Both the position numbers and the translations under genes were made by a program. A DNA stretch of 64,000 bases, from NCBI GenBank assembly GCA_963666835.2, contig CAXXGO010000006.1, positions 288,001 through 352,000 on the forward strand, written 5' to 3'. The DNA comes from Phycisphaerae bacterium. GTDB lineage: Bacteria; Planctomycetota; Phycisphaerae; UBA1845. The notes beneath the pieces were generated by a model, which was not told the DNA's origin, made no database searches, and saw nothing but the letters and a program-made list of their open reading frames with translations. This document shows, piece after piece, positions 51,549-59,750 of the stretch (its first letter is position 1; each line of letters opens with the position of its first letter).

Positions 51549-51995
51549 ATGAACAACGGGAGGTGCACAACGCACTACAAGGCACATTGTGAAGTCTGCG
51601 GACATGGGTTCAGATTCAGCTTCGTCGACAACCAACTGAATGACTCAGCGTATGCCCACTGTGATTGGTGCGGTCAAACAGCTCTGTTCGACCTCTCCAG
51701 GCTCCCGTCGCACATTAGTCATCTGGAGTACCGAGTTTGCAGGGATCACGAGGAGCACATTGACAATTGCAGTTGCGGAGGCAGATTCCGCCGAGAGGCA
51801 GAGCCAAGGTGCCCAAAATGCGAGAATGTGATCAGCATGGCCGTTTTCGAAGAACTTGTACTGACTCACGTAGGCCCACAGGGAGAGTGGAACCGCGTCG
51901 GCGGGCCGTGGGATTGGCGTCGAGCCGGAGGGCAGTTCTGCATGATAGTTGAAGGGCGTGTCGTGCGTGATATCTGGCGATCCGTAGATCCGTAA
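51549..51995 (+). CDS. Cys-rich putative zinc-binding hypothetical protein
   Basis: CEVCG, CDWCG, CSCGG, CPKC. Confidence 0.75.
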   Translation: MNNGRCTTHYKAHCEVCGHGFRFSFVDNQLNDSAYAHCDWCGQTALFDLSRLPSHISHLEYRVCRDHEEHIDNCSCGGRFRREAEPRCPKCENVISMAVFEELVLTHVGPQGEWNRVGGPWDWRRAGGQFCMIVEGRVVRDIWRSVDP

Positions 51996-52015
51996 GTGAA
52001 GATACTGGAGAGACT

Positions 52016-52876
52016 ATGCTGGTCGAGCTGGCCATAGGTGATGCATACGGTGCTGGGTTTGAGTATGTGGACGCAAGGGTAGTACGGTCGTGCAACGATC
52101 TGACTCGGTACGTCGCACATCCGCGGCATCGCCGCAAACCCGGGACCTATACCGATGACACACAGATGAGCTTGGCGCTGGCGGAGCTGATCGTGTCCGG
52201 GGACGCGTGGACGCGCGAGAACATCGCGGAGAGGTTCGTGGACGTGTTCAAGCGGGACCCGAGAGACGGGTACGCCGGCAGGTTCTACAAGTTCCTGAAG
52301 CATGTGACGGACGGGAGCCAGTTTCTGGCCGAGATTAGGCCCAACAGCGACAAGAGCGGAGGAGCCATGCGGGCCGCGCCGGTAGGCGTGTACGCGCATG
52401 TGGATGAAGTCATTGACAGGAGTTCTCTGCAGGCAAGCATTACTCACGATACGCGTGATGGTCGCAACGCAGCAGTGGCGGCGGCGTTGATGGCACACTA
52501 CTTCATCCACGATCTTGGCCCGAAGGCTGGGTTGGGGGCGTTTGTCAAGCGGCACGTGCCGGGCCAATGGGATGAACCCTGGCGAGGCCGCGTCGGCTCG
52601 AAAGGCTGGATGAGCGTGCGGGCAGCGATAACGGCCGTGTCGCAGGCAGAGTGCATGAGCAAACTTCTTAGACGCTGCGTCTCCTTCACGGGTGATACGG
52701 ATACGGTGGCCGCGATCGCACTCGCGGCCGGCGCGTGTTGCACCGAAATCGCCCAGGATCTTCCGAATCATCTGTATTCGAAGCTCGAGAAAGGCAAGTA
52801 CGGGCGGGAGTATCTGGTAGACCTGGACAAGCGCCTGCTGGCTAAACGAAGGCGGAAGAAGGTGTCACCCGACTAG
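52016..52876 (+). CDS. ADP-ribosylglycohydrolase (ARH/DraG family)
   Basis: AIGDAYG, YTDDTQMS, GGAMRAAP, GDTDTVAAI. Confidence 0.93.
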   Translation: MLVELAIGDAYGAGFEYVDARVVRSCNDLTRYVAHPRHRRKPGTYTDDTQMSLALAELIVSGDAWTRENIAERFVDVFKRDPRDGYAGRFYKFLKHVTDGSQFLAEIRPNSDKSGGAMRAAPVGVYAHVDEVIDRSSLQASITHDTRDGRNAAVAAALMAHYFIHDLGPKAGLGAFVKRHVPGQWDEPWRGRVGSKGWMSVRAAITAVSQAECMSKLLRRCVSFTGDTDTVAAIALAAGACCTEIAQDLPNHLYSKLEKGKYGREYLVDLDKRLLAKRRRKKVSPD

Positions 52877-53288
52877 GGCCGACGCCGAGGGGGGCGGTGC
52901 GGAAGGGGCCGCCCCGGACAGCTCCCGAGCCGGAGGCCGAGGATCACCTCAACCTATGAAATCCTTCCACAGATTCGGCGGAAGAACCTTTAATCTAAGC
53001 CTCGTACGCCACGTTTCATAGTCCGGTAACGTCAGGGCGAGCATCTGCCGGGCGCCGTCCTCGGCATGCTCCGCGCGCAGTCGAAGTCCTATGTGCCAGG
53101 TCGGTGGCATGAGGTAGTAGCCCACAACTCCGCCAAAAAAGACTCCCGACCCCCTTCTTCTTCCCCCTTCTTCCCTCGACTTTTCCCTTCCCTGGACGCG
53201 GGGTTTTTGTTGCTTTAGAGTTGGAGACGAGACTCCGGCGCAGTTGAGGAGCAACGGCCCGGCACCGGGGCGATAAGAGGGTCAGCCA

Positions 53289-53993
53289 ATGACGTCGCAA
53301 CAACGCAACGCGGTTATCCTCCTTTCAGGCGGTTTGGACTCGGCCACCGTTGCGGCGATCGCCCGCGAACAAGGGTTCGCACTCTACGCCCTGTCGTTTC
53401 AGTACGGGCAGCGGCATGCCCTGGAGATGGAGGCGGCCACGCGAGTCGCACAGGCCAACGCGGTCGCCCGGCACGCGGTGCAGACCATCGATCTACGCGC
53501 TTTCGGCGGCTCCGCGTTGACGGATTCCATCGCGGTACCGAAGTCCTCCGACCTCTCCGGAATCGGCAGCGGAATCCCGGTCACCTACGTGCCGGCCCGC
53601 AATACGATCTTCCTGTCGTTCGCCCTCGCCTACGCCGAGACCGTCGGCGCCCGGGATATCTTTATCGGGGTCAACGCCGTAGACTACTCCGGCTATCCCG
53701 ACTGCCGCCCGGAGTTCATCGCCGCGTTCCAGCGCGTCGCTCAACTGGCCACCAAGGCCGGCGCCGAAGGAACCGAGTTCGTGATCCACGCTCCCCTGGT
53801 CGCGATGAGCAAAGCCGAGATCATCCGCGAGGGAATGCGGCTAGGGGTAGATTACGGTCTGACGCATAGCTGCTACGACCCCACGGCAGACGGACTGGCG
53901 TGCGGTCATTGCGATAGCTGCCTGCTCCGTAAGGAGGGGTTCCGCCAAGCCGGAGCGACCGATCCCGTACCATACGCATCAGAAAACCTCTGA
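53289..53993 (+). CDS. queC: 7-cyano-7-deazaguanine synthase
   Basis: [40 protein letters not shown]. Confidence 0.97.
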   Translation: MTSQQRNAVILLSGGLDSATVAAIAREQGFALYALSFQYGQRHALEMEAATRVAQANAVARHAVQTIDLRAFGGSALTDSIAVPKSSDLSGIGSGIPVTYVPARNTIFLSFALAYAETVGARDIFIGVNAVDYSGYPDCRPEFIAAFQRVAQLATKAGAEGTEFVIHAPLVAMSKAEIIREGMRLGVDYGLTHSCYDPTADGLACGHCDSCLLRKEGFRQAGATDPVPYASENL

Positions 53994-54226
53994 CACCGCC
54001 CCGCGAAGGACCGTTCAACTTCGCGCTGCCGCTTCGCGGCCACTTGCGCCCGATAATCGCATTCACCACTCCAACCGGCCGCCGGGCGGGCTCTCTGAAA
54101 GAGCGTCGCGGGCGATCGGTGTTTATCGGCAGTTCACAGATCCCGCGCAGGGCAAGTCGAGGCTCCCGATGATCGATAAAACCAGACGGAGAACCGCAAG
54201 CTGCTGTGTTCCCGGAGGTTTACCCG

Positions 54227-54598
54227 ATGGACGCCACTGAAATCTGCCCGCTCACGCGGGAGGCCGTTGCCGAGGTACTGTCGGCTCAGGTTCGCGATGA
54301 GACTCCGTCGCCGGAGACCGGCCAGCGGAAGACACCGCGCTGGCCATTCCCCGGAACCGTGCAGATGTGGCTAACCGACGAGCACGGTGACGAGCAGCAC
54401 CTGTTTGCCACCTGCCTCAACCTCAGTCTCAACGGCCTGGGAATGCTCTGCGAGGAGCCCTTATCCCCAGGCCAGGAGTTGCCGATCGCCATTCACCAGC
54501 CGCTTGCCAGCTTGCAGGGTCGGGCGATCGTACGGCATTGCACCGCCAACGACGCCGGCTACTACATCGGGATGGAGTTCATCTTCGAAGACGCTTGA
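54227..54598 (+). CDS. PilZ domain protein (c-di-GMP binding)
   Basis: QRKTPR (RxxxR) and NLSLNG (D/NxSxxG). Confidence 0.85.
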   Translation: MDATEICPLTREAVAEVLSAQVRDETPSPETGQRKTPRWPFPGTVQMWLTDEHGDEQHLFATCLNLSLNGLGMLCEEPLSPGQELPIAIHQPLASLQGRAIVRHCTANDAGYYIGMEFIFEDA

Positions 54599-54799
54599 TT
54601 CCAAGCAACGCCCGTAACGCAGGCTTCCAGCCTGCCCCTCGGGGAAACGGTACCGATGCTTTCTCAGACGTGAACATTCCGGCTCAGTCCATACCGCGCC
54701 CCGCCCCAGCACTGCTCGAGAGCAGTGGCACACTCACCGGCCTCCACTCGCCACGCATTGACGTTGCATTATCCGCCCAATTCCGTTAGATAGTCACGT

Positions 54800-55141
54800 A
54801 TGATGACTGTCGCAACGCCGAAGGTGCAAGTTGCCGAAGTAGCTCCGAACCGGGCACCGCGGCCCAAACGGCAGCCGCCGTATCATGTCATCCTGCTGGA
54901 CGACGACGACCACACTTATGACTACGTGATCGGCATGCTGCGTAAGTTGTTCGGGCACACGGCCGAGCATGCGTTCAAGCTGGCCGAGACCGTGGACCAA
55001 ACCGGCCGGGCCATCGTCGACACCACGACGTTCGAGCGCGCGGAATTCAAGCGCGATCAGATCCACGCCTTCGGGCGCGACTGGCGTATCGCCGACTGCG
55101 CCGGCAGCATGTCCTGCAGCTTGGAGCCGGCGGAGGAGTAA
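54800..55141 (+). CDS. clpS: ATP-dependent Clp protease adaptor ClpS
   Basis: PYHVILLDDDDHTYDYV..LF..A..V...GRAIV. Confidence 0.92.
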   Translation: MMTVATPKVQVAEVAPNRAPRPKRQPPYHVILLDDDDHTYDYVIGMLRKLFGHTAEHAFKLAETVDQTGRAIVDTTTFERAEFKRDQIHAFGRDWRIADCAGSMSCSLEPAEE

Positions 55142-55451
55142 TCTCCGCCGTTGCGGGCATGGGTTTCCGCAGACCAGGGCATGATCTCTGCTCGCTGGAC
55201 GAACCATTGACCGGCCGCTTACTTGCCGTGGCCCCCGGCGACATTCCGGCCGGCTCGATCAGGCCCCCGCCATCCCGTCCTGTAACCCAGCGGCACGCGA
55301 TCGCTCCCCCGCGCCCTGCAAATGACCTTTGCACCCCAGTTGTACCACCGGCTGACCGTTGTAGAATTGCCCCATCCTCGGGGGCAGCGCCTTCGTGGGG
55401 ATCGTGGGCGGCGGCATCGTAAACAGTGGCCGCACAAGTGCTTACCAACGC

Positions 55452-55535
55452 GCCGGAGTGGCGGAATTGGCAGACGCGCGGGATTCAAAATCCCGTTCTG
55501 GCAACAGAGTGAGGGTTCGAGTCCCTCCTCCGGCA
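55452..55535 (+). tRNA. tRNA-Leu(CAA)
   Basis: GCCGGAG/CTCCGGC-A acceptor stem, CGGGA-TTCAAAA-TCCCG anticodon arm, long variable arm, TTCGAGT T loop. Confidence 0.96.
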
Positions 55536-55764
55536 GTTAACTACGCGGTTTCATCCGACCAGCGTGGCCCGTGGCAAGGGTCGGCGCAGAACCATTCCAA
55601 CGGTTGGAGGCCAGTCCGGCCTGATCGGGGAATCGCTGTGCGCATCGGCGAGTTCACTCGCATGGTGGAAAGAGACACTCACAAGTGCCGTCCGGGATGT
55701 CGATCCGGCCTGCTTATCCAACCGCCGGATTCCTGTTGAGGTGGCGGGGGTGGTAGAACGATCG

Positions 55765-57372
55765 ATGGAGCTTACCGCGGAACAACCGGCAAGGCCGGCG
55801 CGATGGAGCGTGTATCTCGTGCGCTGCGGGAACGGGGCTCTTTATACCGGGATTGCGACGGATGTGGCGCGCCGGTTGAACGAGCATCGAAACGGATGCG
55901 GTAAGGGCGCCAAGTACCTGCGCGGCAAGGGGCCGTTGCACGTGGCCTTAGAGAAGGAGATTGGTGACAAGGGTCTGGCCCTCAGCGTGGAGAACCGCAT
56001 CAAGAAACTCTCGAAGCCACGCAAAGAGGCTCTGTTAGAACAGCGCGATCTGATAGATGACATCATCGCCCGGGCCAAGGAGGATTCCGCCCGGGCACGG
56101 CAGTTGCCGAGGAACTCTACCCGGTCGAACGCCGGCCTGACCGAAACGCTGAGCCTGCGCGAGGCTCGTCGGCTGGCGTTAGCCCGGGCGGGACTGCTGA
56201 AACGGGAGTGGGCCGGGTTCCCCCAGCGGGCGACCGGGCGGGGGAAACGTGCCCGAGACGCGGCCGCGGAGGTCATTCGGCGTTTCGGGTACCTTCAACT
56301 CGATACGGTTTCAATTGCCGGGGCACGGAGTCACACAATAGTGCTGATGTCGAGGCTGGATGGGTTCGATCCGGTTCTCGGGGAGGAACTCCTCCAACCG
56401 GGGGCAAAGCTCTTCGAGTATTGGGGGCATGAGGCAAGTTGGATTCCCCTGGAGCTGTACCCCGCCTTCGCGTTTCGCCGACGCGAGTTCCGGCGGCACC
56501 CGTGGTGGGGCGACATTGTAAGCGAGCATCCTAAGATCGCGCGGAAACTCCGCCGCCGCATCCGCGAGGAAGGTCCCCTCCGTTCGGTCGACATGGAGGG
56601 GTGCGGGAGTCGCGGCTGGTGGGATCTGAAAACCACTAAACGCATCGCGACCGCCCTGTGGTCCAGCGGGGAACTGGCCATCCGCGAGCGGAAGAACTTC
56701 CAACGAACCTACGACCTGACCGAGCGAGTTATCCCCGATGATGTGCGCGGCGAGTCACTCTCCACGCGGAATGGCCTCGAGGTGCTGCTGCTCAAAGCAC
56801 TCGATGGACACGGGTGGGCTACAACGGCGACCCTGGCGGCCACTTGGCGATTGCGAAACCGCAAGGAGGAGATCACGGCCGCGTTACGGCGCTTGGTCGA
56901 GAAGGGCCGGGTCATAGGCTGCGGGCTGGAGAACCACGGCGGACGCCCGACTCCGGGGTGGATTCGCCCGGAGGATCGAGAGCTGGCCGCGCGGCTGGAG
57001 ACCGTTCGCCCCCGGAGCGATCGCGGCGTGGTCTTGTCCCCGTTCGATCCCGTGCTGTGGGATCGAGCCCGCGTCCAGCGTCTCTTCGGCTTTGAACAAG
57101 TCCTCGAGGTGTTTAAGCCCGCGAAGCAGAGGGTTTACGGCTACTACTGCATGCCGGTCCTGGCCGGCGAACGACTGGCGGCCCGCTTCGACTTCAAAGC
57201 CGACCGCAAGAAAGGGACGTTGCAGGTCCTGTCGTGCCACTTCGAAGGCACTGACTCCGCCCGCCCGGCCACAACCGCGGACGGCGAAGCGGCCCGCACA
57301 GCATTACATCGCTACGCCGACGCCCTCGAGTTGAAACCGACGTGCGTACCTCCGCTCGTAAGCGGCGCATAA
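55765..57372 (+). CDS. Fusion of a GIY-YIG (YhbQ/UPF0213-like) nuclease and a YcaQ/AlkZ-like crosslink DNA glycosylase
   Basis: WSVYLVRC..LYTGIATDVARRLNEH..GAKY, then LQLDT, FEYWGHEAS, LSPFDP..WDR, RVYGYY in one open frame. Confidence 0.85.
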   Translation: MELTAEQPARPARWSVYLVRCGNGALYTGIATDVARRLNEHRNGCGKGAKYLRGKGPLHVALEKEIGDKGLALSVENRIKKLSKPRKEALLEQRDLIDDIIARAKEDSARARQLPRNSTRSNAGLTETLSLREARRLALARAGLLKREWAGFPQRATGRGKRARDAAAEVIRRFGYLQLDTVSIAGARSHTIVLMSRLDGFDPVLGEELLQPGAKLFEYWGHEASWIPLELYPAFAFRRREFRRHPWWGDIVSEHPKIARKLRRRIREEGPLRSVDMEGCGSRGWWDLKTTKRIATALWSSGELAIRERKNFQRTYDLTERVIPDDVRGESLSTRNGLEVLLLKALDGHGWATTATLAATWRLRNRKEEITAALRRLVEKGRVIGCGLENHGGRPTPGWIRPEDRELAARLETVRPRSDRGVVLSPFDPVLWDRARVQRLFGFEQVLEVFKPAKQRVYGYYCMPVLAGERLAARFDFKADRKKGTLQVLSCHFEGTDSARPATTADGEAARTALHRYADALELKPTCVPPLVSGA

Positions 57373-57419
57373 GCGGCATGCGTCTCCCGCAATTCTTGAC
57401 CGGTGTGCGAGCGGTGGAC

Positions 57420-57633
57420 GTGTCCCCCTGCTATCGAGCAATGCGAGAACCGTGTACGTGTGCCACTGCTCTCGAGCAGTGCTCGTGCCGTCGCCAGAGC
57501 CGTCGCTCAGCGCGATCCCCCATGGCATCCCGTTGCGCCGTCGAGAATACTGCCGCGCCACAAACCACGACGTGTGCCACTGCTCTTGAGCAATGCGAGA
57601 GCCGTGTACGTGTGCCACTGCTCTTGAGCAGTG
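57420..57633 (+). repeat. Tandem REP family A copies upstream of the RAYT
   Basis: GTGTGCCACTGCTCTTGAGCAGTG-like units at 57420 (degenerate), 57458, 57572, 57610. Dispersed copies at 40995, 42565, 54710, 58212, 61571, 63622. Confidence 0.9.
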
Positions 57634-57647
57634 TTATAGTACCGGCA

Positions 57648-58202
57648 ATGAGGACCTGCTATCGAAAGACCCGCGGAAACTGGAATGAATCGGGGCACGC
57701 TCACTTCCTCACATACTCGTGCCACCGTCGGCTCCCTCTGTTGTCCCGCGATCGCGTTCGACAATGGGTTGTCGACGCGCTCGAGCGTACGCGAAAGGAA
57801 CTCAACGTCGCCCTCTGGGCGTACGTAATCATGCCGGAACACGTGCACGTGCTCCTGCATCCCCGCGCACCTCAATATGAGATGCGGCGGATTCTCGTGA
57901 CGCTCAAACAACCAGTGGCCAAGGCGGCTCGCAAGTGGCTCGAAGAGAATAACCACACCAATTGGCTGCGGACCCTGACCGTGGTTTACCCCTCGCGTAC
58001 GGCCTTCCGGTTCTGGCAGCCGGGCGGTGGATTCGATCACAACGTTTTTCGGGAAAGGACCGTGTCGGCCGTAGTCGATTACATTCACGCCAACCCGGTT
58101 CGCCGTGATCTCGTGGATGAGCCGACCCAGTGGGAATGGTCGAGCGCACGCTTCTGGGATGGAAGCTCGAACGTACGTCTACAAATGGACGACCCGTTCT
58201 GA
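57648..58202 (+). mobile_element. REP-associated tyrosine transposase (RAYT, IS200/IS605 HUH superfamily)
   Basis: HFLTYSC, YVIMPEHVH (HUH), FWQ..FDH, YIHANPV (catalytic Tyr), WEWSS; flanked by inverted REP-A copies; TGTTATAGT extended -10 7 nt before the ATG. Confidence 0.93.
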
Positions 58203-58395
58203 TTGGAGAAGCACTGCTCAAGAGCAGTGGCACACGTTGGGGGCCCGCGGCGGCCCCCCACTATCCTGACCATCGTTCACCCGCGCGGTGCGACGACTGT
58301 CGAGATCCACGGTGCTACAGCGCTCCCGGGACAGTTATCGGACGACGCTTCCCAGCTTGAGCAAGCCTGGAAAGGGGGTAATGGAACCCTGCAAT

Positions 58396-58422
58396 GGGGT
58401 AAGATCGGGTTGATCTTACCCC
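58396..58422. promoter_or_regulatory. Perfect 11-bp inverted repeat upstream of the fic gene (candidate operator)
   Basis: GGGGTAAGATC-N5-GATCTTACCCC plus an extra half site ATCTTACC at 58433. Confidence 0.55.
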
Positions 58423-58527
58423 GTTTAGGCGTATCTTACCGCGTTTGGAGGTTCTCTGCGCCGATCTGCCCGTAATCTACCTTGGGTTTCGGCGCGGGGG
58501 CAGGATCTCGGGGAGGCGAGTACAGAC

Positions 58528-59580
58528 GTGCGATCACTCACAACTGAGTTCCTTGGACGGCTCACCCTCACAGTCGAGCAGGCCTCGACGTTGAACCGCA
58601 TCGGTGAGTACCGGGGCAGGCAAGACCTGTTCGCGCGGCAGACGCCGGAAACCCTGGAATCGCTCCAGCAGGTGGCGGTCATCGAATCGAGTGAATCGTC
58701 AAACCGTATAGAAGGCGTGACCGCCCCGCACGACCGCATCAAAGCCCTGGTCCTCAAGTCCACCACGCCGAAGGACCGATCCGAGCAGGAAATCGCCGGC
58801 TACCGCGACGTCCTCGCGCTCATCCACGAGTCAGCTCGGCACATGCCGCTTACGGTCAACGTCATCCTGCAACTGCACAAGACGCTCTGCCGCTACATGC
58901 CCAACGAGGGAGGGCGATGGAAAGCGACCTCCAACGACATCGTGGAGAGAAACGCAGACGGCTCAATCAAGCGCGTCTGCTTCAAGCCGCTCAGCCCGGT
59001 GGCCACGCCACCGGCGATGGAGGCCCTCGCCATCGCGTACAAAGATGCGATCGAAGGGCAGCGCAAGGAACCGTTGGTCATCGTCCCTCTGGCGATCCTC
59101 GACTTCCTCTGCATCCACCCGTTCAGCGACGGTAACGGGCGCGTCTCCAGGTTGTTGACGCTCCTGTTGCTGTGCCGTTTCGACTATCAGGTGGGGCGTT
59201 ACATCAGCATGGAGCGCATCTTCGAGGAATCGAAGGAAACCTATTACGAGACTCTCGAACGCAGCTCCGCAGGATGGCACGACGGTGAACACGACCCGGC
59301 CCCGTGGCTGGACTACTTCTGGGGGGTGATGCTCCGCGCGTACCGCGAATTCGAGGATCGCGTCGGCACCATCGGGCTGGGTAAGGGATCAAAGACCGAA
59401 CAAGTCCGGCAAATCGTCAGCCGCCGGATCGGCCCCTTCTCCATCTCGGACATCGAGGCCGACTGCATCGGCGTAAGCCGCGATATGATTCGCATCGTGC
59501 TGAGGCAGTTGCGAGACGAGGGAGTCATCGTGCTGCAAGGGAAGGGGCGGGGGGCGAAGTGGATACGAAAAGAAGAATAG
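58528..59580 (+). CDS. Fic family protein with C-terminal wHTH
   Basis: HPFSDGNGRVSR Fic motif; SNRIEG N-terminal inhibitory-like motif; GKGRGAKW wing. Confidence 0.93.
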   Translation: MRSLTTEFLGRLTLTVEQASTLNRIGEYRGRQDLFARQTPETLESLQQVAVIESSESSNRIEGVTAPHDRIKALVLKSTTPKDRSEQEIAGYRDVLALIHESARHMPLTVNVILQLHKTLCRYMPNEGGRWKATSNDIVERNADGSIKRVCFKPLSPVATPPAMEALAIAYKDAIEGQRKEPLVIVPLAILDFLCIHPFSDGNGRVSRLLTLLLLCRFDYQVGRYISMERIFEESKETYYETLERSSAGWHDGEHDPAPWLDYFWGVMLRAYREFEDRVGTIGLGKGSKTEQVRQIVSRRIGPFSISDIEADCIGVSRDMIRIVLRQLRDEGVIVLQGKGRGAKWIRKEE

Positions 59581-59750
59581 CAGAGAAGCCTGACGCCGAA
59601 ACCTCCAGATCCATCAACGGTCTGTTGTGTTATGATGCGAACTGGCTTGAGCCCGCCAGGCTCGGATTGCTGGGGTCTCAGCGACCGACGCGCGGAACAA
59701 GGCTAGGACGGCGCTTGGAACGTCCCCAGACCAAGTGAAAGGCAGACCAC

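Noticed and set aside
52949..53165. Short minus-strand ORF next to an AAAAAGACTCCCGACCCC repeat (also at 49258)
   Set aside because: No recognisable motif or SD; probably a gene remnant. The repeat has only two copies here and I could not define its ends.
51289..55527. Identical 19-mer TGAGGGTTCGAGTCCCTCC in both tRNAs as attL/attR
   Set aside because: It is the conserved T arm of two complete, different tRNAs; no integrase is present and housekeeping genes lie between them
57420..57633. Tandem palindromic repeats with ~38-nt period resembling a CRISPR array
   Set aside because: The intervening sequences are themselves repeated and too short, there are no cas genes, and the same unit is dispersed and flanks a RAYT, so these are REPs
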